A stretch of DNA of 64,000 nt, taken from NCBI RefSeq assembly GCF_007352635.1, contig NZ_VKLU01000005.1, positions 635,940 through 699,939 on the forward strand. The letters are read 5' to 3'. Source of the stretch: Corallococcus sp. Z5C101001. GTDB taxonomy: Bacteria; Myxococcota; Myxococcia; Myxococcales; Myxococcaceae. A model generated the notes under the pieces. It was given only the letters and a program-made list of their open reading frames with translations, made no database searches and was not told the origin of the DNA. Both the position numbers and the translations under genes were made by a program. Shown in pieces: positions 27,470 through 36,583 of this stretch (position 1 is its first letter; every line of letters starts with the position of its first letter).

Positions 27470-28867
27470 CTAGAGGATGTAGCGCGACAAGTCCTCGTCC
27501 TGGACGATGGCGGCCAGGCGGTCGCGCACATAGGCGCCGTCCACCTGGAAGTCGCGCGGGCCCAGTTCGCTGGCGGTGAAGGACACCTCGTCCAGGAGCC
27601 GCTCCAGCACGGTGTGCAGCCGGCGAGCGCCAATGTTCTGCGTGCGCTCGTTGGCCTGCTGGGCGATGCGGGCGATCTCCGCCACGGCGTCTTCCGTGAA
27701 GGACAGGCGCACCCCTTCCGTGGCGAGCAGCGCGGTGTACTGGCGCATGAGCGAGTTCTTCGGCTCGCGCAGGATGCGCACCAGGTCCTCACCGGAGAGC
27801 GCCTCCAGCTCCACGCGGATGGGGAAGCGGCCTTGGAGCTCCGGGATGAGGTCCGCCGGCTTGGAGACGTGGAAGGCGCCCGCGGCGATGAAGAGCATGT
27901 GGTCCGTCTTCACCTGGCCGTACTTGGTGTTGACGGCGGAGCCCTCCACGATGGGCAGGATGTCGCGCTGCACGCCCTCGCGCGAGACGTCCGGCCCCCC
28001 GCCGCCCTTGCCACCCTCGCGGCTGGCGATCTTGTCGATTTCGTCGATGAAGACGATGCCGCTGGACTCGGCGCGCAGCACGGCCTCGCGCTGGACGCGG
28101 TCCGGATCCACCAGCTTCTGGGCCTCCTCCGCGCGCAGCACCTGAAGCGCCTCGGGCACGCGCAGGCGGCGCTTCCGGGTGTTCTTCATGCCCGGCATGT
28201 TCTTGAACAGGTCCTGGAGGTTGACGCCGATCTCCTCCATGCCCTGGCCACTGAAGTTGCGCATGAACGTGGGCGAGCTCTCGCTCGTCTCCACCTCCAC
28301 GGTCTGATCATCCAGCGTGCCGGCGCGCAGCTGGGCGCGCAGCTTCTCCCGCTCGCTGTCTCCCAGCGGCGAGGGCGTAGGCGCCGGCGGCGGGGAGAAG
28401 CCAAAGGGCGGCGACGAGGGGGTGCGCGACTGGCCGCCGTTCTTGAGCAGGTCCATCAGCCGGTCCTCGGCCAGCTCCTCCGCGCGCGGTTTGACCTTCT
28501 CCGTCTCCTCTTCGCGCACGAGCGCGATGGCGGCCTCCACGAGGTCGCGGATCATCGACTCGACGTCGCGGCCCACGTAGCCCACTTCGGTGAACTTGCT
28601 GGCCTCCACCTTGACGAAAGGGGCCTGGGACAGCTTCGCCAGGCGGCGGGCGATCTCCGTCTTCCCCACGCCAGTGGGGCCGATCATGATGATGTTCTTC
28701 GGATAGATTTCATCGCGAAGGTCATCGGACACCTGCTGGCGGCGCCACCGGTTGCGCAGGGCGATGGCCACTGCGCGCTTGGCGTCGTTCTGGCCGACGA
28801 TGTAACGGTCCAGCTCGCTGACGACCTCGCGAGGCGTGAAGGCGGACAACTTGCGCGATTCGGCCAC
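27470..28867 (-). CDS. hslU: ATP-dependent protease ATPase subunit HslU.
   Basis: The N-terminus [34 protein letters not shown] and the Walker [16 protein letters not shown] are present. An I-domain Pro-rich insertion ([20 protein letters not shown]) is also visible. Confidence 0.9.
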   Translation of the reverse strand: MAESRKLSAFTPREVVSELDRYIVGQNDAKRAVAIALRNRWRRQQVSDDLRDEIYPKNIIMIGPTGVGKTEIARRLAKLSQAPFVKVEASKFTEVGYVGRDVESMIRDLVEAAIALVREEETEKVKPRAEELAEDRLMDLLKNGGQSRTPSSPPFGFSPPPAPTPSPLGDSEREKLRAQLRAGTLDDQTVEVETSESSPTFMRNFSGQGMEEIGVNLQDLFKNMPGMKNTRKRRLRVPEALQVLRAEEAQKLVDPDRVQREAVLRAESSGIVFIDEIDKIASREGGKGGGGPDVSREGVQRDILPIVEGSAVNTKYGQVKTDHMLFIAAGAFHVSKPADLIPELQGRFPIRVELEALSGEDLVRILREPKNSLMRQYTALLATEGVRLSFTEDAVAEIARIAQQANERTQNIGARRLHTVLERLLDEVSFTASELGPRDFQVDGAYVRDRLAAIVQDEDLSRYIL

Positions 28868-28879
28868 GGGGCGGTCCTC

Positions 28880-29407
28880 TCAGAGCTCTTCGTAGGTGAC
28901 GTTGGAATTGGTGTAGACGCAGATGTCCGCGGCGATGGCCATGGACTGCGAACAGATGTCGCGGGCCGACATCTGGGTGTTCGCCAGCAGGGCGCGCGCG
29001 GCGGACAGGGCATAGTGGCCCCCGCTGCCCACGGCGGCGATGCCGTGGTCGGGTTCGATGACGTCGCCCGCGCCGGAGAGGATGAACGTCTTCTCCCGGT
29101 CCGCGACGATGAGCAGCGCTTCCAGGCGGCGGAGGAAGCGGTCGGTGCGCCAGTCCTTGCCAAGCTCCACGCAGGCGCGCGCCAGGTTCTTCTGGTGCTC
29201 CTTGAGCTTGGCTTCGAAGCGCTCGAAGAGCGTGAAGGCGTCCGCGGTGCTGCCAGCGAAGCCGGCGAGCACCTGCCCCTCGCCGATGCGGCGCACCTTG
29301 CGCGCCGTGTTCTTCATGATGGTCTTGTCGAGACTGACCTGACCGTCGCCCGCGATGACGACCTTCCCTTCGCGGCGGACGCAGAGGATCGTGGTGCCAT
29401 GGAACAT
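28880..29407 (-). CDS. hslV: ATP-dependent protease subunit HslV.
   Basis: [25 protein letters not shown]... has Thr2 as the catalytic nucleophile after Met removal. The GSGG motif is present. Confidence 0.9.
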   Translation of the reverse strand: MFHGTTILCVRREGKVVIAGDGQVSLDKTIMKNTARKVRRIGEGQVLAGFAGSTADAFTLFERFEAKLKEHQKNLARACVELGKDWRTDRFLRRLEALLIVADREKTFILSGAGDVIEPDHGIAAVGSGGHYALSAARALLANTQMSARDICSQSMAIAADICVYTNSNVTYEEL

Positions 29408-29488
29408 GACCGGGGGTTTAACAAGACCGACCGGCCCCCACCCGTAAAAACGGCCTGGCTGTCCGCTCCCTCACCCTGGGACGGGAGT

Positions 29489-29878
29489 TCAGGTCGCGGT
29501 CGCCTTCATCCATCGTCCCACCAGCTTCACGAGGGCGGCCTTCTTCGCCTTCGCGGTCTTCGCGTCAGGCAGCGTGACGACGCCCCGGTCCGGAGCCAGC
29601 CACTCCACGAGGGCCGAGTCGTCCTCGAAGGCGAAGCCCTTCGAGTCCTTCACCTTCGCGCCCCGGTGCAGGATGACCTGGAAGATGCCCTTGGGGGCCA
29701 ACCGGAACGTCACCCGGTCGTCACCTGAGTGGACGAAGCTGGGGGCCTTCCACTTGATGCGCTCGGTGATGGCCGCGTCGGAGGCCAGGATGGCGGCGCG
29801 CACGGCTTCGATCTCCGCCTTCAGCGGGTGTTCGAGTGCCGCCATGTACTCGTCGACATCGTTGCTCGTGGTCGCCAT
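29489..29878 (-). CDS. DUF1801 (YdhG-like) small cytosolic protein.
   Basis: A 129-aa ORF with clear codon bias. The pattern (…RIKWKAPSFVHSGDDRVTFRLAPKG…) is typical of the DUF1801/YdhG family. Confidence 0.55.
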   Translation of the reverse strand: MATTSNDVDEYMAALEHPLKAEIEAVRAAILASDAAITERIKWKAPSFVHSGDDRVTFRLAPKGIFQVILHRGAKVKDSKGFAFEDDSALVEWLAPDRGVVTLPDAKTAKAKKAALVKLVGRWMKATAT

Positions 29879-30123
29879 CCCCGGTCCTTTACGATTGGGC
29901 CTCCGCGGAGCTTACCAGTCCGACTTTCGCCCCCTATGCCGATCTTCCAGGGACGAGAACATCACTCACGGACAGGCAAGTCGCGTGCGCGGACTCTTTA
30001 CAGGACCTCCTCAGGAAGACAGTGCAGGACTACGGTGGCGCGCTTCATCACAGGTCAGACGTTGCGCAGTCCCCGTGTCGCAAGCAGACCTCGACCCTCG
30101 GTGCGCAGGTCAGCCTCTCCTGC

Positions 30124-30387
30124 TCAAGTGGTTCGATGCCGTCGCCATGGGCCACCTGCTGAATCACGTTCGGCATCCCAGTCCGATGGGAGATCGCGGA
30201 CCTCATTCAGCGTCGGATCATTCTCGAAGAGGTGATTGATCCCAACGACCCGGGGGTGCTCATCCTCAGCGTGGCTACCTCCACAGAGGAACTGCCAGTC
30301 ACCATCGCCCCGAGACACCAGCAGCACATGGTGAGTCTTTTGAAACACATGCGAACAGACGTAGGCCGGAGTCTCGGACTCGCTCAT
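30124..30387 (-). CDS. Small DUF2185-like protein, a family found in polymorphic-toxin immunity loci.
   Basis: The pattern YVCSHVF...HHVLLVSRGDGDWQFLCGGSHAEDEHPRVVGINHLFENDPTLNEV resembles the DUF2185 core (hydrophobic-R-acidic-(S/D)GW-F-xG-E-acidic...DP). I chose the start at MSESE, directly after the upstream gene stop. Confidence 0.4.
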   Translation of the reverse strand: MSESETPAYVCSHVFQKTHHVLLVSRGDGDWQFLCGGSHAEDEHPRVVGINHLFENDPTLNEVRDLPSDWDAERDSAGGPWRRHRTT

Positions 30388-30860
30388 GACTTCCCCTCCC
30401 CAGGCGACCTGGCCCATTCCTGCCTCAAGATCGGCTCTTCACAGTCAACCAACCCGGCAGTCATGGCTCCGGCAACGTACCGCCGCACCTCCCCAAGAGA
30501 GACACCCCCTGGGACATTCACCGCCACCACCCTATGTGCAGCGTCAAACTCAGTCGAGCAACCCAACCGCTTCAACTCCCCCACAACCCCCACAAGACTC
30601 ATGCGATCATAAACAATCAGCCGCAGCAATGAGTTCCCAGACTCACGCCTCGTCGCCCGATACCACAAGCGCCCGTCCTCCTCCTCTACCTCGATCGAAT
30701 CCCCGAGCGTCGCACCTCTAAAAAAGAATGGGATATTATCGAGCACGAACAGCCCGCCCCCAACAGGAGTGCACCACAGACTCTCCGTTCCAACAGGAGG
30801 ATATCCGTCCTCATCCTGTTCAAGATGGAAAAACACCTTTCGACGTCCACTCATGACCAT
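30384..30860 (-). CDS. DUF4265-like protein, a putative immunity-type protein.
   Basis: FHLEQDEDGYPPVGTESLWCTPVGGGLFVLDNIPFFFRGATLGDSIEV...RESGNSLLRL matches my recollection of the DUF4265 signature (EDGYPP...E.lW...ldNiPFf..g.s.gD.v). The region is low-GC. Confidence 0.4.
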   Translation of the reverse strand: MVMSGRRKVFFHLEQDEDGYPPVGTESLWCTPVGGGLFVLDNIPFFFRGATLGDSIEVEEEDGRLWYRATRRESGNSLLRLIVYDRMSLVGVVGELKRLGCSTEFDAAHRVVAVNVPGGVSLGEVRRYVAGAMTAGLVDCEEPILRQEWARSPGEGKS

Positions 30861-30990
30861 TGATAATTGTCATCCCCTACCTGATTACAATCCCCTCACA
30901 AGCCTTGCCGTGGAAACTCCACTGCGATTCTTCGCGAGCTGGAGAGGCGCAAGCCACCCACGGGCCTCAAACACATCACCAAGCGAAGAA

Positions 30991-31566
30991 TCATGACTCG
31001 AATCGATGAAGCACAAATGCCACTTCGTTCCCGGCTTCTCTGACGATATGGGTCAGTATTCGCGAGGTTCCCGGGGGAATCCGAAGCTCCAGTCCCGGCG
31101 CAATTTCTGCACGCAGAGCACTGTCCACGATGACATATGACTCATCACGGATCGTCATCACCAGCCGCTCCACGACGAAATGAGCATTTGCCTCAAAGGA
31201 AAGTGCAGCATCGACCAAACACTCTTCAGCAGGCGAACAGGTCCACCTGACGATTGCCGGACCGTCAATCCGCTCAACAACAGTTGTCCGCAGCGGCTCA
31301 TCACCCAAGACCAAAACCTCACCCCAGTCTCGTTTGAGCACGCCCGCGTAACCGTCGATGGCGCATGCATCGCGGTAATCATCACAAGCCGTCCCAGTCC
31401 AACGTGACCTCATCGAACCGGGCAGCATCACAAGCGGTCCCCCCATCGATTCGACCCAGCTACGCGGCTGCGACTTCATGTCCTGTCCTACCCAGCTTCC
31501 CAGCGAATGGTTGGCGACAAAGAGCGGCCGGGAAATCCAACGCAACTCCACGGACTGCTCTTGCAA
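30991..31566 (-). CDS. Imm21-like protein, resembling polymorphic-toxin immunity protein family 21.
   Basis: WVESMGGPLVMLPGS..RWTGTACDDYRDACAID.YAGVL..DWGEVLVLGDEPLRTTVVE....IVRW....LHRFES fits the Imm21 pattern as I recall it (GGPL, DY..AC, LVLgDEP, RW). The region is low-GC. Confidence 0.4.
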   Translation of the reverse strand: MQEQSVELRWISRPLFVANHSLGSWVGQDMKSQPRSWVESMGGPLVMLPGSMRSRWTGTACDDYRDACAIDGYAGVLKRDWGEVLVLGDEPLRTTVVERIDGPAIVRWTCSPAEECLVDAALSFEANAHFVVERLVMTIRDESYVIVDSALRAEIAPGLELRIPPGTSRILTHIVREAGNEVAFVLHRFES

Positions 31567-31621
31567 CTCAAATCCGGGACAGAGATCCGAGCATCGGAAA
31601 GACTCTCAAGCCCACACAACC

Positions 31622-32524
31622 TCACGCGCGCGGGTGCGCCGCGTCGTAGACCTCTTGCAACTGCTCGAAGGTCACGTGGGTGTACTTCTGCGTGGTGGAC
31701 AGGCTCGCGTGGCCCAGCAACTCCTGGATGCTGCGGATGTCCGCGCCGCCGCCCAGCAGGTGCGTGGCGAACGAGTGGCGCATCGCGTGCGGGCTCACCT
31801 TGCGCGCCAACGCCAGCCGCAGCACATACGCATCCAGGTGCCTCGCGATGCTCCGGGGCGTCAACCGGCCGCCTCGGAAGTTGAGGAACAGCGCGTCCGG
31901 GTCCTGCCCCGCATGCACCGTGGCCAACAGCTCGCCGCGCCTCGCGAGGTACGCCTCCAGTGACTGGATGGACTTCGCGTTGAGCGGCACCAGCCGCTCC
32001 TTGCTGCCCTTGCCCATCACCCGGACGATGCGACTGCTCCGGTCCACGCCCAACGTCGACAGACCGCACAGCTCGCTGATGCGCAGGCCGCCGCCGTACA
32101 GCATCTCCAGGATGGCCTTGTCACGCAGCCCCAACACCGTGTCCAGGTCCGGCATGTCGAGGATGGCGAACACCTCCTCCACCGGCAGCACCTTGGGCAG
32201 TGACTTCGGCAGCTTCGGACTCTTCACCAGCTTGGCGGGACTGGCCGGCAGCAGCTTCTGCCGCACGAGGTACTTGTAGAACGACTTGATACTCGCCAGC
32301 CGCCGCGCGCGGCTCGTGGGCGCATGGTCCACGCTCAGCGTGCCCAGGTAGCCACGGATGGCCGCGTGCGTGCCCGCGAGCAGCGACAACTTCATCCGAT
32401 CCACCAGGTAGCGCTCATAATCCACCAGGTCGATGAGGTAGTTGCGCACCGTGTGAGGGGACGCGCCCTTCTCGCCTTCCAGGTGGATCTTGAACTGCTC
32501 CAGCAGCGGGGACAGAGGGGACAT
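31622..32524 (-). CDS. xerC: Tyrosine site-specific recombinase XerC (housekeeping chromosome-dimer resolvase).
   Basis: An N-terminal SAM-like domain is followed by the catalytic R...HxxR...Y region (ARKVSPHAMRHSFATHLLGGGADIRSIQELLGHASLSTTQKYTHV). It is linked to hslVU, as codV is to clpQY in Bacillus. Confidence 0.85.
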   Translation of the reverse strand: MSPLSPLLEQFKIHLEGEKGASPHTVRNYLIDLVDYERYLVDRMKLSLLAGTHAAIRGYLGTLSVDHAPTSRARRLASIKSFYKYLVRQKLLPASPAKLVKSPKLPKSLPKVLPVEEVFAILDMPDLDTVLGLRDKAILEMLYGGGLRISELCGLSTLGVDRSSRIVRVMGKGSKERLVPLNAKSIQSLEAYLARRGELLATVHAGQDPDALFLNFRGGRLTPRSIARHLDAYVLRLALARKVSPHAMRHSFATHLLGGGADIRSIQELLGHASLSTTQKYTHVTFEQLQEVYDAAHPRA

Positions 32525-32587
32525 GGTCGGGGAAGCCTAGGGGCCTCCCCGAGCCTCGCAAGATTCGCGTCGCTCCGCGAGCAGGTC

Positions 32588-34900
32588 CTACTTCGCGGGC
32601 GCCGGAGCAGGCACGGCCGCCGGAGCCGCCCCCGAGGGCGCGGGCGCACCCGGCAGCGCGGATGGCACCAGCTTCGGCAACAGCACCCGGCAGGCGTCCT
32701 CGGACAGCCAGTGGTACGTGCACAGCCACTCCGTCACGGGCACCCGCACCTGCCAGCCCAGGATGAAGAGGATGGCCAACGTGAGGCCGAGGCGTGCCCC
32801 CATCGACATGCCCTCGCTCTCATCGTCGTCCTGCGTATGGCGCAGCGCACCTCGCACCAGGTCCGCGCGATCCACTCGCGCCCCCTTGGGCAGCTTCGGA
32901 CGACGGGTGATGAGCGTCGCCACGCCGCGCGTGAGCATCAGCCGATCATTCAGCGCCCAGCCCGACCCCTCCAGGAGCAACGCCAGGTTGCGCCGCCGCA
33001 GCTTCAGCCACCCGAGCAGCCCCGCGGGCGCCATCACCACGATGGCCAGGATGGTCGCCGCGGTGATGACGTCCACCAGCGTCAGCGACTTCACCTGCGT
33101 GAGGATGAACGCCAGCGACGACCCCAGCGCCGCGAACGCGATGCCGCCCGCCGCGAGCACCCCCGCCAGACCTCCTCCCGCGGGAGCCGCCGCGGGTGCC
33201 GCCGCCGCGGGCGCCGCCACGGGTGGGGGCGCGGTCACCGTCTGCTTGTAGCCAGCCTCCAGCGATGAATCGAACTCCTTCTCCCCAGACGCGGCCAGCC
33301 CCTCCACCTTGCTGGTGATGAACGCGCCGATGCGCATGAACGGCATCGTCATCGACTCCCAGAGCGACACGGGCTGGCGGATGATCTGCGTGACGATGGC
33401 GTCGCTCTCCTTCCCGTCCACGTCGTAGAACACGCCGCGCTTGCCCACGACGAGCTCCGTGCTGCGGCCGGCGGTGACCGGGACCGCCACCTCGTAGCCG
33501 TCCGCGCCGTCCCTCGGCATCACCTTCACGTAGAGGATGCAGGTGGTGCCCTGCCCCGTCAGCGCCGAGTGCGCCGCGCGATCCGTCACCAGCACCGACA
33601 GCGTGTACTTACGGCCGCCGAGGATGAGCGTGCCCCGCTCCATCAGCGCCCGCCGCTTCGGCAGGTACAGGCTGGGCATGCTGATGAAGTTGTTGGCGAA
33701 CAGCAGCAACCAGCGCTGGTACAGCACCAACCGCTCCAGCTCCGCGATGACGTCCAGCGTGGGCTTGAGCGACAGGTCCTCCCCGCTCGCCGCCTCCAGC
33801 GCGTCCAGATCCTCGTCCGACACCGCGCCCAGCGTGTCCGCCACCGTGTGCAGCGGGCTCGCGTCCCGCTTCGCCTGCCAGCCGAGGATGGCCTCCGACT
33901 TCGACGACAGCTCCCGCCATGCGGTGTCCGTCAGCTTCACGCCATCTCCCAGGAGCGGCGTCGCCACTTCCTGGTGGAAGGCCTCCAGCTTCTCGTAGCC
34001 AGCGCCCCGGAACAGCCGCGCCCACACCAACACGCCGGACGCATCCGGCGGCGCGATGGGCAGCTCGCCCGCCGCCTTCCCCAGGGCCCCCAGGTCGCCC
34101 AGCGCACCCTCCACCCGGTCCGCGCGCAGGCGCAGGTTGGCGGCGGCCTCTGGCTGCGCGGCCACCAGCCTGCACTGCATGAAGTAGCCATCCAGCAGCG
34201 GCGCCACGTCGTGGACCCGCTTCGCCTGCTCCAGGCTCGCCGTGCCCCAGGTGAACACCGCGTCCTTGCCGGACAGATGCGTCAGCAGCGCGGCGCGCTC
34301 CTCGCGGAAGCGCTTCACCAACCCGACGTCCACTCCCGCGAGGCCCGCGCGGTTCGTCACCTGCGGGAACGCCGCGATGATGGACTGCGCCAGGGGCCGC
34401 AGCCGCTCCGGCAGCGACACCGGCGCGACCAGGCCGTCGCCGTTCTTGCCCGCGTCACGCAGCGCCTTGTCGCTGGTGCGCAGCTGCTCCAACGACAGCC
34501 GCGTGGCGTCAGGCGCCTGCAACGTGCGCAGCACCAGCTCCGCCGCGCCCCGCAGGTTGTCCGCGGCGTCGGAGAGCGCCGCGAGCTCCAACACGTCGCT
34601 GCCCGCGTCCGCCCCCTTGCGGTCCTTCAGCCGCGCCGCCGTCCAGTCCACGGCGCCTCGCAGCTCCTCCACCCGGATGCGGCGGTTGCCATCCGCGTCC
34701 ATCAGCGCGAGGAAGCGCGGATCACACGCGATGCCCTCCATGGGGCACGCGAGCGCCATCCACTGTGTCGCGGGGATGCGCACCGCTTCGGTGAGGGTGT
34801 TGAAGTCAGGGATGTCGACCTGGAGCGAGCCGCCATAGCGGCGATAGACGAGGGGTGCCATTCGGCACGCGAAGACAGCACACCCCGCCCACCGGTGCAC
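32588..34900 (-). CDS. Large hypothetical protein (about 770 aa) with an EF-hand-like Ca-binding loop near the N-terminus and 3-4 C-terminal TM helices.
   Basis: DADGNRRIRVEELRGAV fits the EF-hand 12-residue loop (DxDxNGxIxxxE). The C-terminal TM segments are GLAGVLAAGGIAFAALGSSLAFIL, VITAATILAIVVMAPAGLLGWL and LGLTLAILFILGW. The start is uncertain. Confidence 0.5.
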   Translation of the reverse strand: MHRWAGCAVFACRMAPLVYRRYGGSLQVDIPDFNTLTEAVRIPATQWMALACPMEGIACDPRFLALMDADGNRRIRVEELRGAVDWTAARLKDRKGADAGSDVLELAALSDAADNLRGAAELVLRTLQAPDATRLSLEQLRTSDKALRDAGKNGDGLVAPVSLPERLRPLAQSIIAAFPQVTNRAGLAGVDVGLVKRFREERAALLTHLSGKDAVFTWGTASLEQAKRVHDVAPLLDGYFMQCRLVAAQPEAAANLRLRADRVEGALGDLGALGKAAGELPIAPPDASGVLVWARLFRGAGYEKLEAFHQEVATPLLGDGVKLTDTAWRELSSKSEAILGWQAKRDASPLHTVADTLGAVSDEDLDALEAASGEDLSLKPTLDVIAELERLVLYQRWLLLFANNFISMPSLYLPKRRALMERGTLILGGRKYTLSVLVTDRAAHSALTGQGTTCILYVKVMPRDGADGYEVAVPVTAGRSTELVVGKRGVFYDVDGKESDAIVTQIIRQPVSLWESMTMPFMRIGAFITSKVEGLAASGEKEFDSSLEAGYKQTVTAPPPVAAPAAAAPAAAPAGGGLAGVLAAGGIAFAALGSSLAFILTQVKSLTLVDVITAATILAIVVMAPAGLLGWLKLRRRNLALLLEGSGWALNDRLMLTRGVATLITRRPKLPKGARVDRADLVRGALRHTQDDDESEGMSMGARLGLTLAILFILGWQVRVPVTEWLCTYHWLSEDACRVLLPKLVPSALPGAPAPSGAAPAAVPAPAPAK

Positions 34901-34963
34901 GCATCAACCACCGGCCCAGCGCGAAGGACGGAAGACCCGGCGGGCCCTCCGTCCCCGGGGCCC

Positions 34964-36583
34964 CTACTGCGCCGTCGCGATGGCGCTGTACACGCCGGGG
35001 CTCTGCCCCTGGCCGATGATGTAGACAGCCCTCGCGTCGTCCTTGCCGGCGAAGTACGCGGGAACCTGCACGCCCTGGTCGAGCGTCTTCCGCGCCCCCG
35101 ACTTCACGTCATAGATGGCCACGTCGTACGTGTCCGAGTCCATGCGCGCATACGTCGCGAGCACGCGCGAACCGTCGTCGGAGACCTTGTAGCTGAAGAT
35201 GCCCTGCAGCCACGTCTTCGCCTCCGCCTGCTTCTCCCCCAGGTCCAGCGCCTTGAAGTCGCACGCGCGGCCGTTGCGGATGCAGTTGGTGCGGAACACC
35301 ACCGCGCCGTTGTTCGGCGTGAAGCCGTAGCCGAACACGCCCGGCTGCACCTTCTCCGCCTTCTCCTGGCCGAGCGCGTACAGCATCAGGTCCACGGAGA
35401 ACACCGGCTTGAGGAAGCGCGACAGGAACGCGACGTAGCGGCTGTCCGAACCCCACACGAAGTTGGGCACCCGGTCCCCCACGCGCTTCGGCGCGCCATC
35501 CGGCAGCGACGCGACGCCCAGCGAGCCCGCGCGCGACGGCTGATCATACCGCTCCAGGAAGCCCACCGCCTTCGAGTCCGGCGCGAAGGCCATCTCCTCC
35601 ACCGCCTCGCCCACCTTGCGCCCCGCACCGCCGGACGATGGGCCCACGTACAGGTCGCCCAGTTGCTCCGGCTTGCCGTTCTCCGTGCGCGCCAGCCACT
35701 GCCCATCCGGAGAGAAGCCGAACACCTTCGTGCCCACCGCGAGCTTCTGCCCCTTCAGCGCGGGCACCTCCGCGAGGTACAGATCATACATCCCCCGCAC
35801 GGCCTCGCTGCGCACCTGGTACGCCACGCGCTTGCCGTCCGACGACACCTGATAGTCACCCACCTGATCCGCCAGCTTGCGCGGGGGCTCGCTCGCGCCC
35901 ACCGTCACCGCCGCCAGACCGCCCGCGGCAGACAGTCTCCGCTTGAAGAGCAGCGTCTTGCCGTCCGGGGTGAACTGCGCGGTGCTCACCTCTCCCGCCA
36001 CTGTCTGGAAGGGGCCGTTCGGCAGGGGGCCCAGCTTGAGCGCGCCCGCGTCGACGAACGCCACGTTCACGCCATCCGGAGACGGCAGCAGGTACGTCAC
36101 CGCGGAGCCCAACGTCACCGGCTCCGCCGCCGCGTCCGCCATGGCCAGCACGTGCAGCTCACCGGACTGCGAGGCCGGGTTGTACCCCGTCACGTAGAGC
36201 AGGTGCTTCGAGTCCTGGGAGAACAACAGGCTGCCCGGCACGTTCGTCACGCCATCGCCCAGCTCCCTCGGCTTCCCGCCCGCCACCGGCACCACGTACA
36301 GCGTGCCCACCAGCATCTGCGGCGGGATGCCGTCCAGCCGGGGCTTCTGCCCGTTGAGCAGGTACGTGGCGAACTGCCCGTCCGGTGAGAGCCGCAGGTC
36401 CGCCGCGCGACCCGCCGCGAGCAACTGCCCCTGCCCCCCCACCACCGCGGTGCCCTTCGCCGCGCTGCGGACCGTGTCGCCCTTCGCGGCGCTGCGCTGG
36501 GACGGCGCGCTTCCATCCTCGCCCTTCTTGCACCCCGTCACCGCCAGCAGGGCCGCCAGGCCCACCATGCCGATCCGCTTCAT
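34964..36583 (-). CDS. Lipoprotein with TolB-like/WD40-like beta-propeller repeats.
   Basis: A lipobox ([18 protein letters not shown]) is followed by repeated SPDG/FSPDG/FTPDGK beta-propeller blades ([57 protein letters not shown]). Its ATG overlaps the trmFO stop (ATGA). Confidence 0.6.
   Translation of the reverse strand: MKRIGMVGLAALLAVTGCKKGEDGSAPSQRSAAKGDTVRSAAKGTAVVGGQGQLLAAGRAADLRLSPDGQFATYLLNGQKPRLDGIPPQMLVGTLYVVPVAGGKPRELGDGVTNVPGSLLFSQDSKHLLYVTGYNPASQSGELHVLAMADAAAEPVTLGSAVTYLLPSPDGVNVAFVDAGALKLGPLPNGPFQTVAGEVSTAQFTPDGKTLLFKRRLSAAGGLAAVTVGASEPPRKLADQVGDYQVSSDGKRVAYQVRSEAVRGMYDLYLAEVPALKGQKLAVGTKVFGFSPDGQWLARTENGKPEQLGDLYVGPSSGGAGRKVGEAVEEMAFAPDSKAVGFLERYDQPSRAGSLGVASLPDGAPKRVGDRVPNFVWGSDSRYVAFLSRFLKPVFSVDLMLYALGQEKAEKVQPGVFGYGFTPNNGAVVFRTNCIRNGRACDFKALDLGEKQAEAKTWLQGIFSYKVSDDGSRVLATYARMDSDTYDVAIYDVKSGARKTLDQGVQVPAYFAGKDDARAVYIIGQGQSPGVYSAIATAQ

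Larger units (their letters stand above)
29880..31620. other. Low-GC insertion (about 50-57% GC against about 69% in the flanks) between the DUF1801-hslVU genes and xerC, carrying three small immunity-like genes.
   Basis: The compositional shift is visible by eye: AT-rich runs such as catgaccattgataattgtcatcccctacctgattacaatc appear here and nowhere else in the window. Codon usage also differs from the flanks. Confidence 0.5.

Noticed and set aside
30850-30872. Imperfect palindrome ATGACCATTGATAATTGTCAT at the start of the DUF4265-like gene, considered as an operator or att site.
   Set aside because: Only the 5-bp ends are truly complementary and the internal positions mismatch. It overlaps the start codon region and is most simply AT-rich coding or RBS sequence of foreign origin.
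31622-32524. xerC interpreted as the integrase of the adjacent low-GC island.
   Set aside because: The protein is a typical chromosomal XerC (SAM-like N-domain, RHRY catalytic set) at native GC content. Its linkage to hslVU mirrors the conserved codV-clpQ-clpY arrangement, so it is a housekeeping recombinase next to which DNA happened to insert, not a mobile-element integrase.
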